Of a DNA stretch of 64,000 nt, positions 36,967-50,365 are shown in pieces (position 1 is the stretch's first letter; the number at the start of each line of letters is the position of its first letter). Origin of the DNA: Dipteris shenzhenensis (taxonomy: Eukaryota); NCBI GenBank assembly GCA_047967505.1, contig CM106538.1; one strand, 5' to 3'. The notes under the pieces are model-generated. The model was not told where the DNA came from, did not search any database, and was given only the letters and a program-made list of their open reading frames with translations. Position numbers and translations under genes: made by a program.

Positions 36967-38868
36967 CCTCAATGTATTCAATAGGGGGAGGCGGATTTGA
37001 TAGTTCAATCCATCCTCTGAAACTCTCCCAAAGTTTGGGACAATTTTGTAAGAGAATTCCAATGGGAATGGACACTGTGCAACTAAGAATGCTAGAGAGT
37101 GTGGCACCTTCAAGTTGTCATGATGGTACATTATGTTGTGGATCTTGTTGCTGCTGGAACAAAGGCTCAAGGACAATGTCAATACTTGGTGGAAACAAGT
37201 CAGGGATTGGATCTTGTGCTTGCTTCTCAGCCTTGAATTGATCTTGTTCTTTTTGCACCCATTGTTGAAGTGCCTAAAGTCAAGCCTTCTCCACTTATGC
37301 ATTAGGGTATGGAGCTTCTTTTATTTGAGAATCAGGAGCTGATGTGGATGAGCTTGACTGTTCATTTCTTGGCAAAGGTATAGGCACTTTTAGGGCCCTT
37401 GGTGGCCTTTTTTTACTGGCGTATAATTACATTCATAGGTTGTGATAATATGATTGCCAGCCCTAGACCATCAAAGTCCACCACAATAATGTCAATTGGG
37501 ACATCAGGCTTAGCCTCACTTGTTGTGGGACCTAATGTTTCATGAGACAATTCACACAGGCATGGCCAATGCCACAATCTCTATAGAGTGGTTGGAAATT
37601 AGCAGGGCTACCATGATGAGGGCACTCTGCAATCTGGTGATTCTCTCCACAACCATAGAAATTTATTGGCACTCGATATGTGTTGGGCCAAACTTGAGAG
37701 GGATTAAACCTTTTTCTCCTTCCATATAGTACACTGGGTACTCGGCTTCATACTCGAACTTTGAATCCACTTACTTGGCTTGAAGTTGTTCTATTGGAAT
37801 TGCCACAAGAGCTGGATTTAGTGCTCTTGGATATGGTTGTGGATTTGGATCCTTGAGTGATTACAGGACTTGGATCTAGACAAGAGCAAGATTCAGCCTT
37901 AGATCTAGGGGTGCTTGTGCAAGAGTTGATTGCCTATATACTAGGATGGGTGTTAGTTGGTATTGTTGAAGTCGGTGGGGAGGGTTGTTGTGCATGTTGA
38001 AGATGCAACTATTTTTGTCATGTCCACCGATTGCGTAGATGTGGCACCATAACCTTGGTGGTGGATTAGCTTGTGCATTGATCCTAGCTCATAGGATGGG
38101 GCATTCATTTGCTATGTGATTAGCCATGCAATGTGGACACCATACATTTTCTCGCCTTGTTGGTTATGTATGAGAGGGTGGCTAAGACATGTGAAGCATT
38201 TGTTCCATGGCATGCATCATTTCTTCTTTGAATTTCATGGTCATGGCCTCTAGGGGATCTTCATTAGACATTTCTGTAGTTGACTTGGCTTTTCCCAGTT
38301 TAGAGCACTTATCACGCACACTGGCTCTTCCATCATCACTACTGGTGTTAGAGTCCATCATGCCATCCTCGATGTGAATGGTTGTTGCATGAGTAGCACT
38401 GAATGTTTTGTAATTGCTGATTTTTTTCATTTCTTTGTAGATTTTCTTCCTTAGAACTGCAACAATGAATCAAGCTATGAGGTACTTATCATTAGGGCAT
38501 GGGTCACATTCGGCAACTAAATGTTTCATCTTGCCTTTCTCGCCAATCTTGTTCGAGCTTGCTTAGTTGGAGAATGGGATCATCATGTAGTCTCTCCACT
38601 GTTTGAAAGTGACTCTTGAATTTAGCTTGTAGCACCAAGTGCCACGTGGCTCTTTCTTCCACTAGGAGGTCTAGGTACCATTTTGAGGCTTCATTGATTA
38701 AGGCCATGGGAAACCATGTGACCTTGGTTTCATGGGATTGATGTCCTCCATCTTGGCATGTGGCATCAAAATGCTAGAGGAATCTTGCTGGATTGCCCCA
38801 ACAATTGTATTTGGGCAATTCTAGTTTTCCCAGGGGTTTCCTTCCTTGATTATTGTTGGGTCGGCCAT
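36967..38868 (-). pseudogene. G2 unit 2 gag pseudogene
   Basis: WFPMALINEASKWYLDL (gag core) and several CxxC...H...C knuckles. Homologous to ~47170-49140. Confidence 0.82.
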
Positions 38869-39992
38869 AATTGTTGTGAGCATTAGAGAAATTGTCTACA
38901 TCTACCTCCAAGTCAATGTCACAATTATCATCGTCATACGTCCTGTCATGTTGGGATTTTGAGGAGTCAAAGGGATTGGCTGAATTTCAAGGTGGGAATT
39001 CATGGCAGAGGGTGGTAGGAGACATTGGACAGAGGGTACTTGCATGCAGAATTGTCGAGTGGTGTGTAGGTGTGTTATGGGGGTGTTGGATCTTTTCCAT
39101 GGCTTCAGTAGGAAGAGAAAGGTATTCTCAGTATGTAGGGTTCCGAGGATTTTTGTCACCTATAGATATATCGGTGTCATTGTTTGTAGTATAATTGTAG
39201 ATTAGGACCTCGGGCAATAATCCTATGAAAGACTTAGGCTTAAGTGTGGTAAGAAAACATCGTGCATGTTTGTATGAAAGGAACATGTATCATCAAGATT
39301 GGGGCAATGAAGGCTTTTGCCTCCATTGGGGGTTGAAAGGTTTAGGAAGAGTTTAAGTGTTGGAGGGAGGTTGAGGGTCCAAAAAGAGGTTCCAAGGTTT
39401 AGAAGAGGTCCAAGGTTTAGAAGGAGTCTAAGGGTCAGAAGGAGGATTCAAGGTTTAGGGTTGAGTGGGAGAGGAAGAAGGTGTAAGAGCATGGGGGAGG
39501 AGAGAGAGAAGAAGGTAGGAGGAGAGGGAGGAGAAGGGAGGAGGAGGGAGGAGGGAGGAGGAGAGGGATGAGAAGGGAGGAGGAGTTGGGAGGAGGAGGT
39601 AGGAGGGAGGAGGAGAGGATGAGTTGGGAGGATGAGAGGGAAAGGAGGGGTTGCAAGGTTGGAGGAGAGGGTAGAAGAAGTTCCAAGGTTAGGACATGCT
39701 TTTGGATGTGGAGAGCAAGGATCATGGGCACTTGGAGAGAATTGCTTGGAATACAAAAGTAGAACTCAACACAATGCCCCAAAGAGTGTGGGATTTATTC
39801 TATTATGGGGTATTTAGACAAGTTGGAGAGATGCTCTCTCTACATGTAAGAATTGTAAGACATTATCTCTCTACATGTAGAACTTGCATCTAAAAGTTGC
39901 ATGTACGAGTTGCAAGTTGCATGTAGGAGTTAAATGTTGCATGTAGGAACTACATGTAGGACTTGCATGTAGAACATGCATGTAGGAGTTGC
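38869..39992 (-). promoter_or_regulatory. G2 unit 2 leader (GA-rich tract, 12-bp TTGCATGTAGGA repeats); continues at 44620-45250
   Basis: Lies upstream of gag and is homologous to 20141-21039. The repeat array is split by copia A2. Confidence 0.6.
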
Positions 39993-42900
39993 TGTTGAGA
40001 TATCAAGCTCCACTCATGATATGCCAGGGTGACCGTTGTGTATTTATGTCACCGACTTGTTAGCTGCAAATGCGGTTGGTACACCGCCCATGAATAATAG
40101 CTGGATGACAGCTATCCTTATCTACTCTAGTTCATGGCTCAGTTAGTATGCCACCTTAGTTAGTTGAGCTTGGTTTGAGACCCACATATAGATGATTTTG
40201 CATATTCAGGATGCAAGTACGCCAAAGGAGGCATGGGATACTTTAGCAAAAATGTACAACACAAATACACAAGCCAGGAAAATGCAGCTCAAACAGGAGT
40301 TGCACAATGTGCAGAGAGAAAATTTGAGCATAAATGGCTACCACATGAAGGTGAAGAAAATTGCAGATGCACTTGCTTCCATTCGGTCGCCAGTGAAAGA
40401 TGATGATCTAATTTCTGTGACCTTGAATGGTCTAGGAAAGGATTATGCACAGTTTCGGACATCCATTGCCGTCCATGAAAAATTTCCTGATTTTGAAGAG
40501 TTGTTTGCTCTTCTAATTTCTGAAGAGCAGAGAAATGGGGGTGCATCTTCTTCAGAAGGAACTTCAAAAGAAACTGTCTTCTACTCAAATGCTGGAAGAG
40601 GTAGAGGCAGAGGTAGAGGAGATCGATTTGCAGGCCATAGTAGAAATCAGAATATGTAGCAAACTCAAGAGAACTAGTCCTATGGAGGAGGACATGGTAA
40701 CTCTAGAGGCAGGGGGAGCCAAAGAGGCCATGGTGGATGGCAGAGAGGCCCAAATGCAAACAACAATGTTGAATTCTACTACTATGGTAAAATGGGTCAT
40801 ATGGCTAAGGACTGCTACAAAAAGCAGAATAACATTATGAATGGAAAATTGCAGCAAGGTAATTATGCATCTTCTAGTAGACAGGGTGATGACAGAAATG
40901 AGCATCTATTTATGGTGCAGCACATGACCAATTCTGTAACAAGTGCAGAAGAATGAAATGATGTGTGGTATGTTGACTCAGGTGCATCAAACCACATGAC
41001 AGGTCATGCAGAGTGGATGCTGGATGCAAGGAAAATGAAAAAACTAGGATTTGTGGATACTGGTGATGATACTGCACATCCTATTGTGCAGATTGGTAAA
41101 ATTCCTTTGTTTCTGCAGGATGGGAAAAAGAAATGCCTGTCTGATGTATTTCATGTCCCGAACATCACCAAGAACCTGGTTTCTGTTGGTCAAATGGTTG
41201 AGCAGGGCTTGCATGTCAGATTTAATCCTCATGGATGCTTTGTTGAGGATATGAAAAATAACGGTCGCTTGATAGCAAAAGGAAAGAAGAAGGGCAGGAT
41301 GTTTACGTTGGATGTGGACATGCCTGAATTGAGTGCAGCAATGTTTGCACATGGGACCGGTGTAGTTGCAGATATTGATATCGGGCATAAACGCATTGGT
41401 CATGTTAATATACAAATACTTAAATCAATGCAAGCCCAAAATATTGTTGCAGGATTGCCTAAATTCAAGGTTGCAGAAATGCATAAGGTTTGTGAAGCCT
41501 GTCAATTTGGAAAACAGGTAAGGAAACCATTTTAGCATGTTCAACAGAGTAAAAAGCCATTGGAATTAATCCACTCTGATGTGTGGACTACTAAAGCTGC
41601 ATCTATTGGAGGCTGTCACTATTTTGTCACTTTTATTGATGACTTCAGCAGAAAAGTTTGGGTGTATTTTATGAAAAAGAAAAGTGAAGTGTTTGGGCAC
41701 TTCAAAGCTTTTAAAGCTATGGTTGAAAAAGAAACAAGCCTGCAAATAAAATGCCTAAGGTCAGATGGAGGAGGAGAGTACCTCTCAAATGAGTTTGCAA
41801 GGTTCCTGTAGGAGCATGGCATAAAGCAGCAATATTCATGCAGTCATACCCCACAGCAAAATGGACTTGTAGAAAGGAAAAACAGGCATATTGGAGAGGT
41901 ATCTCAGGCCATGCTAAATGAAAAGATCTACCAGATTATTATTGGGCTGAAGCAGTTGCTACAGTAGTTTACATAATGTACAGGACTCCCATTGTAGCAA
42001 TACATGGCATGACGCCAGAGGAGATGTATACTGGTAGGAAACAAGACATTTCTCATTTGAAAAATTTTGGTTGCATCGCCTATGTTCATGTGCCAGATGA
42101 GTTGAGGTCCAAGTTGGATCCAAAAGCTGAGAACTGCATCTTTATTGGTTATTCTTTGCAGCAGAAAGGGTATAGATGCTATAACCCTTCTACTCGTAAG
42201 TTTACAGTGAGCAGAGATGTTGTTTTTGATGAGATGAGCAGCTGGTATAAACCAGTAAATGTGATGATTGATGTAGATGCACAAAATAGTAATGCTACAC
42301 AGAATTCACAGCAGCAATCACAAAATATCAGTGGACCTACAGTGTCCTCTAGCAGTGGTTCACATACTTTGCCATGGACAGGTAGATTGAGATCAGGAGA
42401 ATCTCCTCAGAGCAATGCAGATAGTGGTACATAGGTATCACAAAAAGAAAAAGAGAAGGTAGATCAGCCCATGTTTGATGTGAATGCAGGTCACTCTTAT
42501 GTGGATGGTGAATCCAGTGGCTCAGAACAGAGCATTGATGATGAGTTGGGTATTCCTTCTGTTGTTACACCTAGAGTAAGGAAGACTAGGGATGTTTTGA
42601 GAGCACCTGGAAGTGAGCCTATTTTGCACAGGTCTACCAGAGCTAGGTATCTGTGGATAGGCTGAAATATGATGGATTTACAGCCATTCACTATGCCTAT
42701 ATGGTCAAAGTGATACAGGAACCAGAACCCACTTCTTTTGAGCAAGCCATGGGAAATGAAAAATGGGAGAAAGCTATGGATGAAGAAATGGATGCCTTGG
42801 AAGCCAATGCTACATGGGAATTGGTGCCTTTGCCTAAAAACAAGAATGCAATTGGCTATAAGTGGGTTTATAAGATCAAGCACAATGCAAATGGTTCTGT

Positions 42901-44619
42901 GAATAGATACAAGGCAAGGTTAGTTGTCAAGGGGTATGCACAGACATATGGCATTGATTATGAAGAAACTTTCAGTCCGGTTGCAAGGATGGCAACTGTA
43001 AGAGCAGTCATTGCTATGGCTGCATCAAAGGGATGGTCTTTACATTAGATGGATGTAAAGAATGCCTTCTTGCATGGTGATTTGCAAGAAGAGGTCTTTA
43101 TGGAGTAGCCAGTAGGTTATGTTCATGCTATTCATCCTGAGTTTGTTTGCAGGTTGAAGAAAGTCTTGTATGGCTTGAAGCAAGCACCTAGAGCATGGTC
43201 TGACAAGATAGGATAGTATCTTGTCACTATTGGCTTTCAGATTTCCAAGGTAGATTTTCTCACTCTATGTGAGAAAAATAAAGAAAGAGATTATGCTGCT
43301 TGTCATTTATGATGATGATTTGATCATCACAGGTGATAGTGATGAAGATATCCTTCATGTGAAAATGCTATTGAAGCATAAGTTTGAGATGAAGGATTTG
43401 GGAGAGCTGCGTTATTTCTTGGGCATTGAGGTGATTAGATCACCAAGTGGGATACAGCTCTTGCAGAGGCAGTATGGATTGGACATGCTATCCAAATATG
43501 GGATGATAGGCTATAAGCCTATTTCAGTTCCTTTGGAGCAGAATGTGAAGCTGAGCACAGATGCAGGTGAGCTTCTGGAAGACCCTACTATGTACAGACG
43601 CATAGTAGGAAGTTTGATTTATATGACTATTACCATGCCAGACTTAAGCTATGCTGTTGGATTGGTAAGTCAGTTTATGCAGGCTCCAAGGAAACCGCAT
43701 TTGGATGCGGCTAGACGCATACTCAGGTATGTGAAGTCCACATTGCAGTGTGGACTATTTTATGAGGCTGGGGTTCAGATACAGTTGCATGGATACACTG
43801 ATGCTGATTGGGCTGGTAGTATTTCTGATAGACGATCTACCAGTGGATATGTGTTCTCTTTTGGGAGTGCTGCAGTCACTTGGAGCAGCAAGAAACAGCC
43901 TACAGTCACCTTGTCGAGCACAGAGGCTGAGTACAGGGGTGCAGCAATGGCTGCATGTGAGGTAGCTTGGTTGCATAAGCTACTTTATGATATGCATCAG
44001 TCTACAGATGGGCCAGTTGTCATTTATTGTGACAACATGAGCAGTATATACTTGGCAAATAACCCAGTCTATCATGCTAGGACAAAGCACATTGAGGTGC
44101 ATTATCACTATGTACGGGAGAAGGTTTTACTAGGTCTTATTGATCTAGTTTATGTCAGCATAGAGGATCAGGTAGTTGACATATTCACGAAAGCATTGGG
44201 CGTAGAGAAGTTGCGCAAGTTCAAAGACCTGCTTGGTGTGCAAGGATTGGGATTGAGCTCGAGGGGGAGTGTTGAGATATCGAGCTCCACTCGTGATATG
44301 CCAGGGTGACCGTTGTGTATTTATGTCACCGACTTGTTAGCTGCAGATGCGGTTGGTACACCGCCCACGAATAATAGCTGAATGACAGCTATCCTTATCT
44401 ACTCTAGTTCGTGGCTCAGTTAGTATGCCACCTTAGTTAGTTGAGTTTGGTTTGAGACCCACATATAGGGTTCTTCTATTTGTTTGTACTTGAGTTCTTT
44501 TGGCTTTCACAACTAAGAAGAGGAAAACTATTTTCAGCCTCCACCTGTGTGTGTATTCCCCCATTGTGCATGTGAGAAAGCCGCAAGTGAGACTCCTTCC
44601 CTCTCCCACTATCTTCACA
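39993..44619 (+). mobile_element. Ty1/copia element A2 with a ~918-bp internal deletion (3' part of 5' LTR, PBS, leader, gag start)
   Basis: Partial 5' LTR 39993-40191 is fused to gag at 40192. 3' LTR 44270-44619. Perfect TSD GTTGC (39988-39992, 44620-44624). Pol is highly similar to A1. Confidence 0.95.
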
Positions 44620-45249
44620 GTTGCATGTAGGACTTGCATGTAGAACATGCATGTAGGAGTTGCATGTAGGACTGGCTTGTTGAAGATGCATGTTGAGGAT
44701 TCCCAAGGGAGATTATTCCTAGCCTTATGCAAGTACAAGGGGAGCTTTGCCGCTACTCTACACACATTTTTTGCTACCTAAGTCCATGTTGGCACAGAGA
44801 CAACATACCCCCAAATCCATTTAATTACCCATCTTCGGGTTATGGCTTATTTTGATTATAGAGTTGTGATATCATGCGTGTGACCCAAGTGGTTGCTAAA
44901 ATTTTGGTATGCTAGTCGCTCCTGCTATAATGCCTTTGCACCATACAATTTTTGGTCCGTAGTAGCTAGGAAGCTTATATCCACTTGAGATAAGGAAGAC
45001 AATTGCTGTAAATTTTGGAGGGGATCTTGTTGCTAGGGTTCCGAACTCTATTGTCAAATCTTCTTGGGAAGAGGTTTGGTGGGGGTCTCGTTGTTGAGGC
45101 TGGCATTTCTTGTTATCTCGTATTCATGTTGGATGGGATTGCACTCGGATCATTGAACTTTCTATGCAAGTGTGATATTTGTGCACGAGGAGATGGCTAT
45201 GATGTTTGGCAAGGGTCTCGTTGGCTGAGGCTATAGACTCTTTTGTTTC

Positions 45250-48200
45250 TAGCAACACAGCTCTGATGGGATTCATTTTTTTAACTCTATAGGAGTGCTT
45301 ATAGCATTGTTTCCTCTTCTTATGTGAGCAGTTTCCCAATGAATACCAATTTCTCTTCCTCCCCTTCAAGGGCGAGGTTTATTTTGTGAGTTTTGGCTGC
45401 GGTCCCTCATAAATTAGAGTCCCTCCAATATTATTGGTTTCTTGCACTTTATATTCTCTTATTGGTCTTTGCATTGCTATGGGGACACCACCACTGGTGT
45501 GATTCTTGAAGTACTCTGGCACTTCTCGAAGATCAGCCTCTAATGGTATTGAACTAGCCTTACATGGGCTATGGGCACTAGGTGGTGTAGGATCATTAAC
45601 CAATTTTTGAGGCTCTTGTGGAATTTCTTTTTTTGAAGTCTCATTATCAAGCTTCATTTGCACATGTGACTTAAACTTTCAAAACTTCTTACGTTAGGAA
45701 CTATGGGGTAACTTTTCCATTGGCGAAGTATTCCCAAGTAAGGGTTCATTTGATGTGCATACTCCTTCAAGTCAATGGGAGACCATTCAAGAGGAGGTGG
45801 CTCCGATTGTGGGAGAGTTTCCTTGGTAAGATACTACAACTCGACAATCCTCATTTGGACTCATTCAAACTCATTGAAGTGGTCGCCTTGGCTTCGCGGC
45901 AGTGGCGATGTCCTCCTTCGGTTTCTTGTGGGACCTTTTACTATTATTGAGCTTTGGAGTTTCCACTTTGGGAAGTTCAATGGCCATTATGGCATGGAGA
46001 ATGGCTAAATAATTGTCAAAGACATGGCCTTCTAATTGAGCATTTTCAACCTCTATTTCAAGGTCCCAAAGAAAATCCAAGTCCTTATTGGAATGGATAG
46101 CTTCTTTAGGTTCACTATTCCATTCAAGGTTAACCATAAAGAATGGGAGTTTTGGACCGATTGGTTCTTCATGTGTGAGTGAAGGTCTTACCTGCATGAC
46201 CTTAGCATCAATTTGCAAGAAGATGGGATCTAGTGAGAATAGCAGTTGTCAATAGTTGCCAATGCTTGGATCCAATTGTTGACATTGCTTTGTGTATCTT
46301 TCAGTAACGCATGTTGTTGTAGGGGGGCTAATTTGCTTAAGATCATCTCGCTGAAGAGAAATCATCCAATGCTCTAGGTACAATGGGTTTTATTGCTCCT
46401 GCCCCCATATTGACTCTTACTGTAGTGTTGCAATTTTGGATTGTCAATCTATTAGTTCCCCAATCATGGAGGACCGATGCATCACCCAACCAAGGACGTC
46501 GAAGCAAGATTTGATAATATTTCTTGGGGAGATCCAAGATTGTAAATTGAAGAGAAAAGCACACTCTTGCAACTTTTGTTGACACTCCATTCACTATTTC
46601 CAAGGGCTTTGCACGTGAATAATTTGCAAGGCATATGATGAAATTAGCCTTTTGCATTGGTGGGAGACCCCATTCATGGATAGGACATTCACACCTGCTC
46701 CACCATCCACAATGGCTCAGGGTGTATGCATCGAAGTTAATGTCTTCCTCCATCTTTACGAACACAGTTCCTTTATGGTTGCACCCCTAAAGTTTAATCG
46801 TTCATTGAAACATTAAAATCATTTGCTCCTTGTATGACAAGGATCAAACAGGCAATAATGCAACCCACAGTTGATCATAATGTGGGGAATGTTTTGGCAC
46901 CTACTACCAAAGTTGAAGCTAGGCTTCATAACATCGGGGTTCGCCATCTGTAAATCCTATGTTTCTTATTGCAATCTAATATTTAGAAGGGCTTGTCGAT
47001 GTACTTTTGGCACAGACCATCGACATGCAAGAAAGGCACTTCATTTTTTATTAAATAATGCATGAATGTGTTCATGTGCATGTGATTAAAGAGAGTGGAG
47101 CATTGTATGTGCATGTCACAAGTCATCACCAAAGCTAAAGCTTTTTATTGCAAACCAAGACCATGTTCAAATCCTTTCACATGGTTTATGGATCAAAGCC
47201 AAGGTGATGTTGCATATGTCATCTCTCCATCCTTTGAAACTCTCCCAGATATTGGGACAATTTTGTAAGAGGATTCCAATGGGAATTGACACAGGGCAAT
47301 ATAGAATGCTAGATAATGCGGCACCTTCTATTTGGCGTGGTGGTACATTATGTTGTGGATCTTGCTGCTGGAACAAAGGCTCAAGTACAATGTGAATACT
47401 TGGTGGGGCCAAGTTAGGGATTGGATCTAGTGCTTGCTTCTCAGCCTCCAATTGAGCTCATTATTTTTGCACCCATTGTTGAAGTTCTTGAAATCGAGCC
47501 TTCTCCACTTTTGTATTAGGGTATGGAGCTTCTTTTATTTGAGGCTCGGGAACTGATGTGGATGAGCTTGGCTGCTCATTGATTGGTGGAGGTATAGGAA
47601 CTCGTGCTTTCTTTTAAAGAGGTCTTCTTGATTAAAGTGGAATATTAGGGCCCTTGATGGCTTTTTTGCTAGCATGTAATTACATTCACAGGTTGTGATA
47701 ATATGCTTACCAGCCCTATACTTTGATGGTCCACCCCAATAATGCCAATTGGGACGTCAGGCTTAGCCTCATTTTGTTGTGGGACCTTATTTTCATGGGA
47801 AAATTCATACAGGCATGGACAATGCCACAATCTCTAAAGAGTGGTTGGAAATTAGCAAGGCTACCACAATGAGGGCACTCTGTGACTTGGTGATTCTTTC
47901 CACAACTGTAGCACTTGATTGGTGCTTGGTATGTGTTGGGATGAACTTGATTCACATACACACGTATTAACCCTTCTTCTCCTTCCACATAGTACACTAG
48001 GTACTCAGCTTCATACTAGAACTACAAATCCACTTCCTTGGCTTGAAGTTATTGTATTGGAACTGCCAGAGGAGCTAGATTTGGCACTCTTGGATATGAT
48101 CGTGGATTTGGATTCTTGAGTAATTGCAAGACTTGGGTCCGGACGAGAACATGATTCAGCCTTGAAACTAGGGGTGCTTGTGCAAGTGTTGGTTGCCTAT

Positions 48201-50365
48201 ACACTGGGATGGGTGCCGGTCGGTATTGTTGAGGTCGAGGCGGGTTGTTGCACATGTTAAACATGCAACTATTATCATCATGCCCATCGACTATGCAAAT
48301 GTGGCACCACAACCTTGGTAGTGGATTGGCTTGTGCAATGATCGTGGTTCTTAGGATGGGGCATTCATTTGCTATATGATTGGCCATGCAATGTGGACAC
48401 CATACATTTTTTCACCTTGAATAAGTCTGAGGTGGAGGCTGAGACATGTGAAGCTTTTGTTCCATGGCCTGCATCATTTGTTCTCTGAGCTTCATGGTCA
48501 TGGCCTCTAAGCAATCTTCACTAGACATTTATGCGGTTGACTGGGATTTTCTCTTTTTAGAGTGCTTATCATGCATACTGGCTCTTCCATAATCACTGTG
48601 CTGCTGGTATCAGAGTCCGTCATGCCATCCTCGATGTCAATGGATGCTGCATGAGCAGCACTGAATGTTTTGTAACTGCTAATATTTTTCATGTCTTTGT
48701 GGATTTTCTTCCTTAGGCATGCAATGAATCAAGCCATGATCATTGGGGCATGGGGCACATTTGGGAATTAAGCATTTCATCTTGCCCAGGTAGGTGCATA
48801 CATCTTCCCACCGACCTTGTTTGAGCTTGCTTAGCTAGAAAGTGGGATCATCTTGTAGTCTATGCATTTGAAAAAGTCTCTTGAATTTAGTTTGTAGCAG
48901 GTCCCATGTGGCCCTTTCTTCCACTAGGAGGTCTAGGTACCATTCTGAGGCTTCATTGGTTAAGGCCACAGGGAACCATGTGACCTTGGTTTCATGGGAT
49001 TGATCTCCTCGAGCTCAAGGCATGTGGCATCAAAATGCTAGAGGAATCTTTTTGGATCACCCCGGCCACATTGTAATTGGGAAGTTTGAGTTTCCCAGGG
49101 GTTGTTGCACCTGCCTTGATTGTTATTGTTTTGTGGCCAAAATTATCGTGAGGTTAAAGAAATTGTATGTATGTGCCTCGCGCTCAATGTCACCATCATT
49201 GCGATGGTGATTTTCCATGTTGGGACTTAATGGAGTCAAAGGTATTGGATGAATTTTGAGGGGGGAGCTCAGGGCAAAGGGTTGTTGGAGGCATTGGGGT
49301 AGAGCATAGTTGCATGCAGATTTGTCAAGAGGTGGAGCGGGTGCCTCTTCCACAAGTTTAGGCATTGATGTAGGTGTGTTAGGGGGGTTAGAGATGCATT
49401 ACTGTAGTAGGGACCTTCATGTTAATAATGTTCCTAGGATTGTCCCACATGAGTGTGGAAATGTGCCGGTGCAGACGGATCGCCAATCGGAGATCACGGT
49501 GGAAATTTATGAGCAAATTAGTGCAAAAAGGGGTCCACAAGGGATGCAAATGTACGAGTTCTAGGGATGCCTAAATGGAGTGAAATGGGATGTTAAAATG
49601 CTCCGTAGATGAGGTTTTTGTGTGTGAAACCGTGGTTGAGGTTGGGTTGAATTAGGGTCCCAAATGATCGAGTTACAAACCTTTAAATTTGAGGCAAAAT
49701 TAGGTTTTTTGGGTCCAAAAATGGGTGTGAATGGACTTAAAGTATAAATGGGGGGGACTAACTCCAGTTGACCTATAGTTTAAGTAAGGAGTTGGTTAGA
49801 GTAATTGTTGGTTAGAGTAACTAAGGAGGTGATGTAGAGCTGTTGGCTAGAGTAAAGCAAGTTAGTGTAATTGATGTAGTGCAGTTAGTCGAACTGAGTT
49901 AGTTACCTTAACTAGACAGTTAGTTTAACTATCATTTAGGCCAACTGAGCTAGCCTACTTACCCACAGTTAACATTCAAACTAAATCAAGGTTAGCCTAA
50001 CCTAATTGTAGTGAACTTAACCTAGGTATAGTTAACTAAACCTAGTTTTAGTTAGTCTAACCTAGTGATAGTTAAACGAAGCTAACCCAACCTAGCTAGC
50101 TAACCATAATATAGCCTAACCTAACCAAACTTACACTAACCTAACCTGAGTTAATATAGGGATTTTGTTAGGTTAGTTTTTTTTAAAGAAGGAGGGAGGG
50201 AGGTGGTTGCAGGCCACGGCGCTTAGTCAAGGAGGTAGAGGAGGTGTGGAGGGAGAGGCTAGGTAAGGGGGGAGGGGGGGCTGTTTGGAAGGGCAAGAGG
50301 TAGGTGAAGGTTGGCAGGTCAGTGTAGTAGAGGAGGGCATTGAGCGAGGGTAGGAGGACATGGGA
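45250..50365 (-). pseudogene. G2 unit 3: leader, gag, protease and start of RT (decayed)
   Basis: WFPVALTNEASEWYLDL, WCPHCMANHIANECP, WCHICIVDGHDDNSC, KCYSCGKNHQVTECP, protease ...YQILLRRPWL...HDWG, RT-proximal EEEKLVFIGKLL. Confidence 0.85.

Noticed and set aside
20141-45250. Segmental duplication as the origin of the A1-in-G2 and A2-in-G2 similarity
   Set aside because: A1 and A2 have different insertion points and different TSDs, so they inserted independently.
46770-47170. Possible ~400-bp insertion between G2 unit 3 gag and protease
   Set aside because: Absent from unit 2, but I found no TIR or TSD to support a call.
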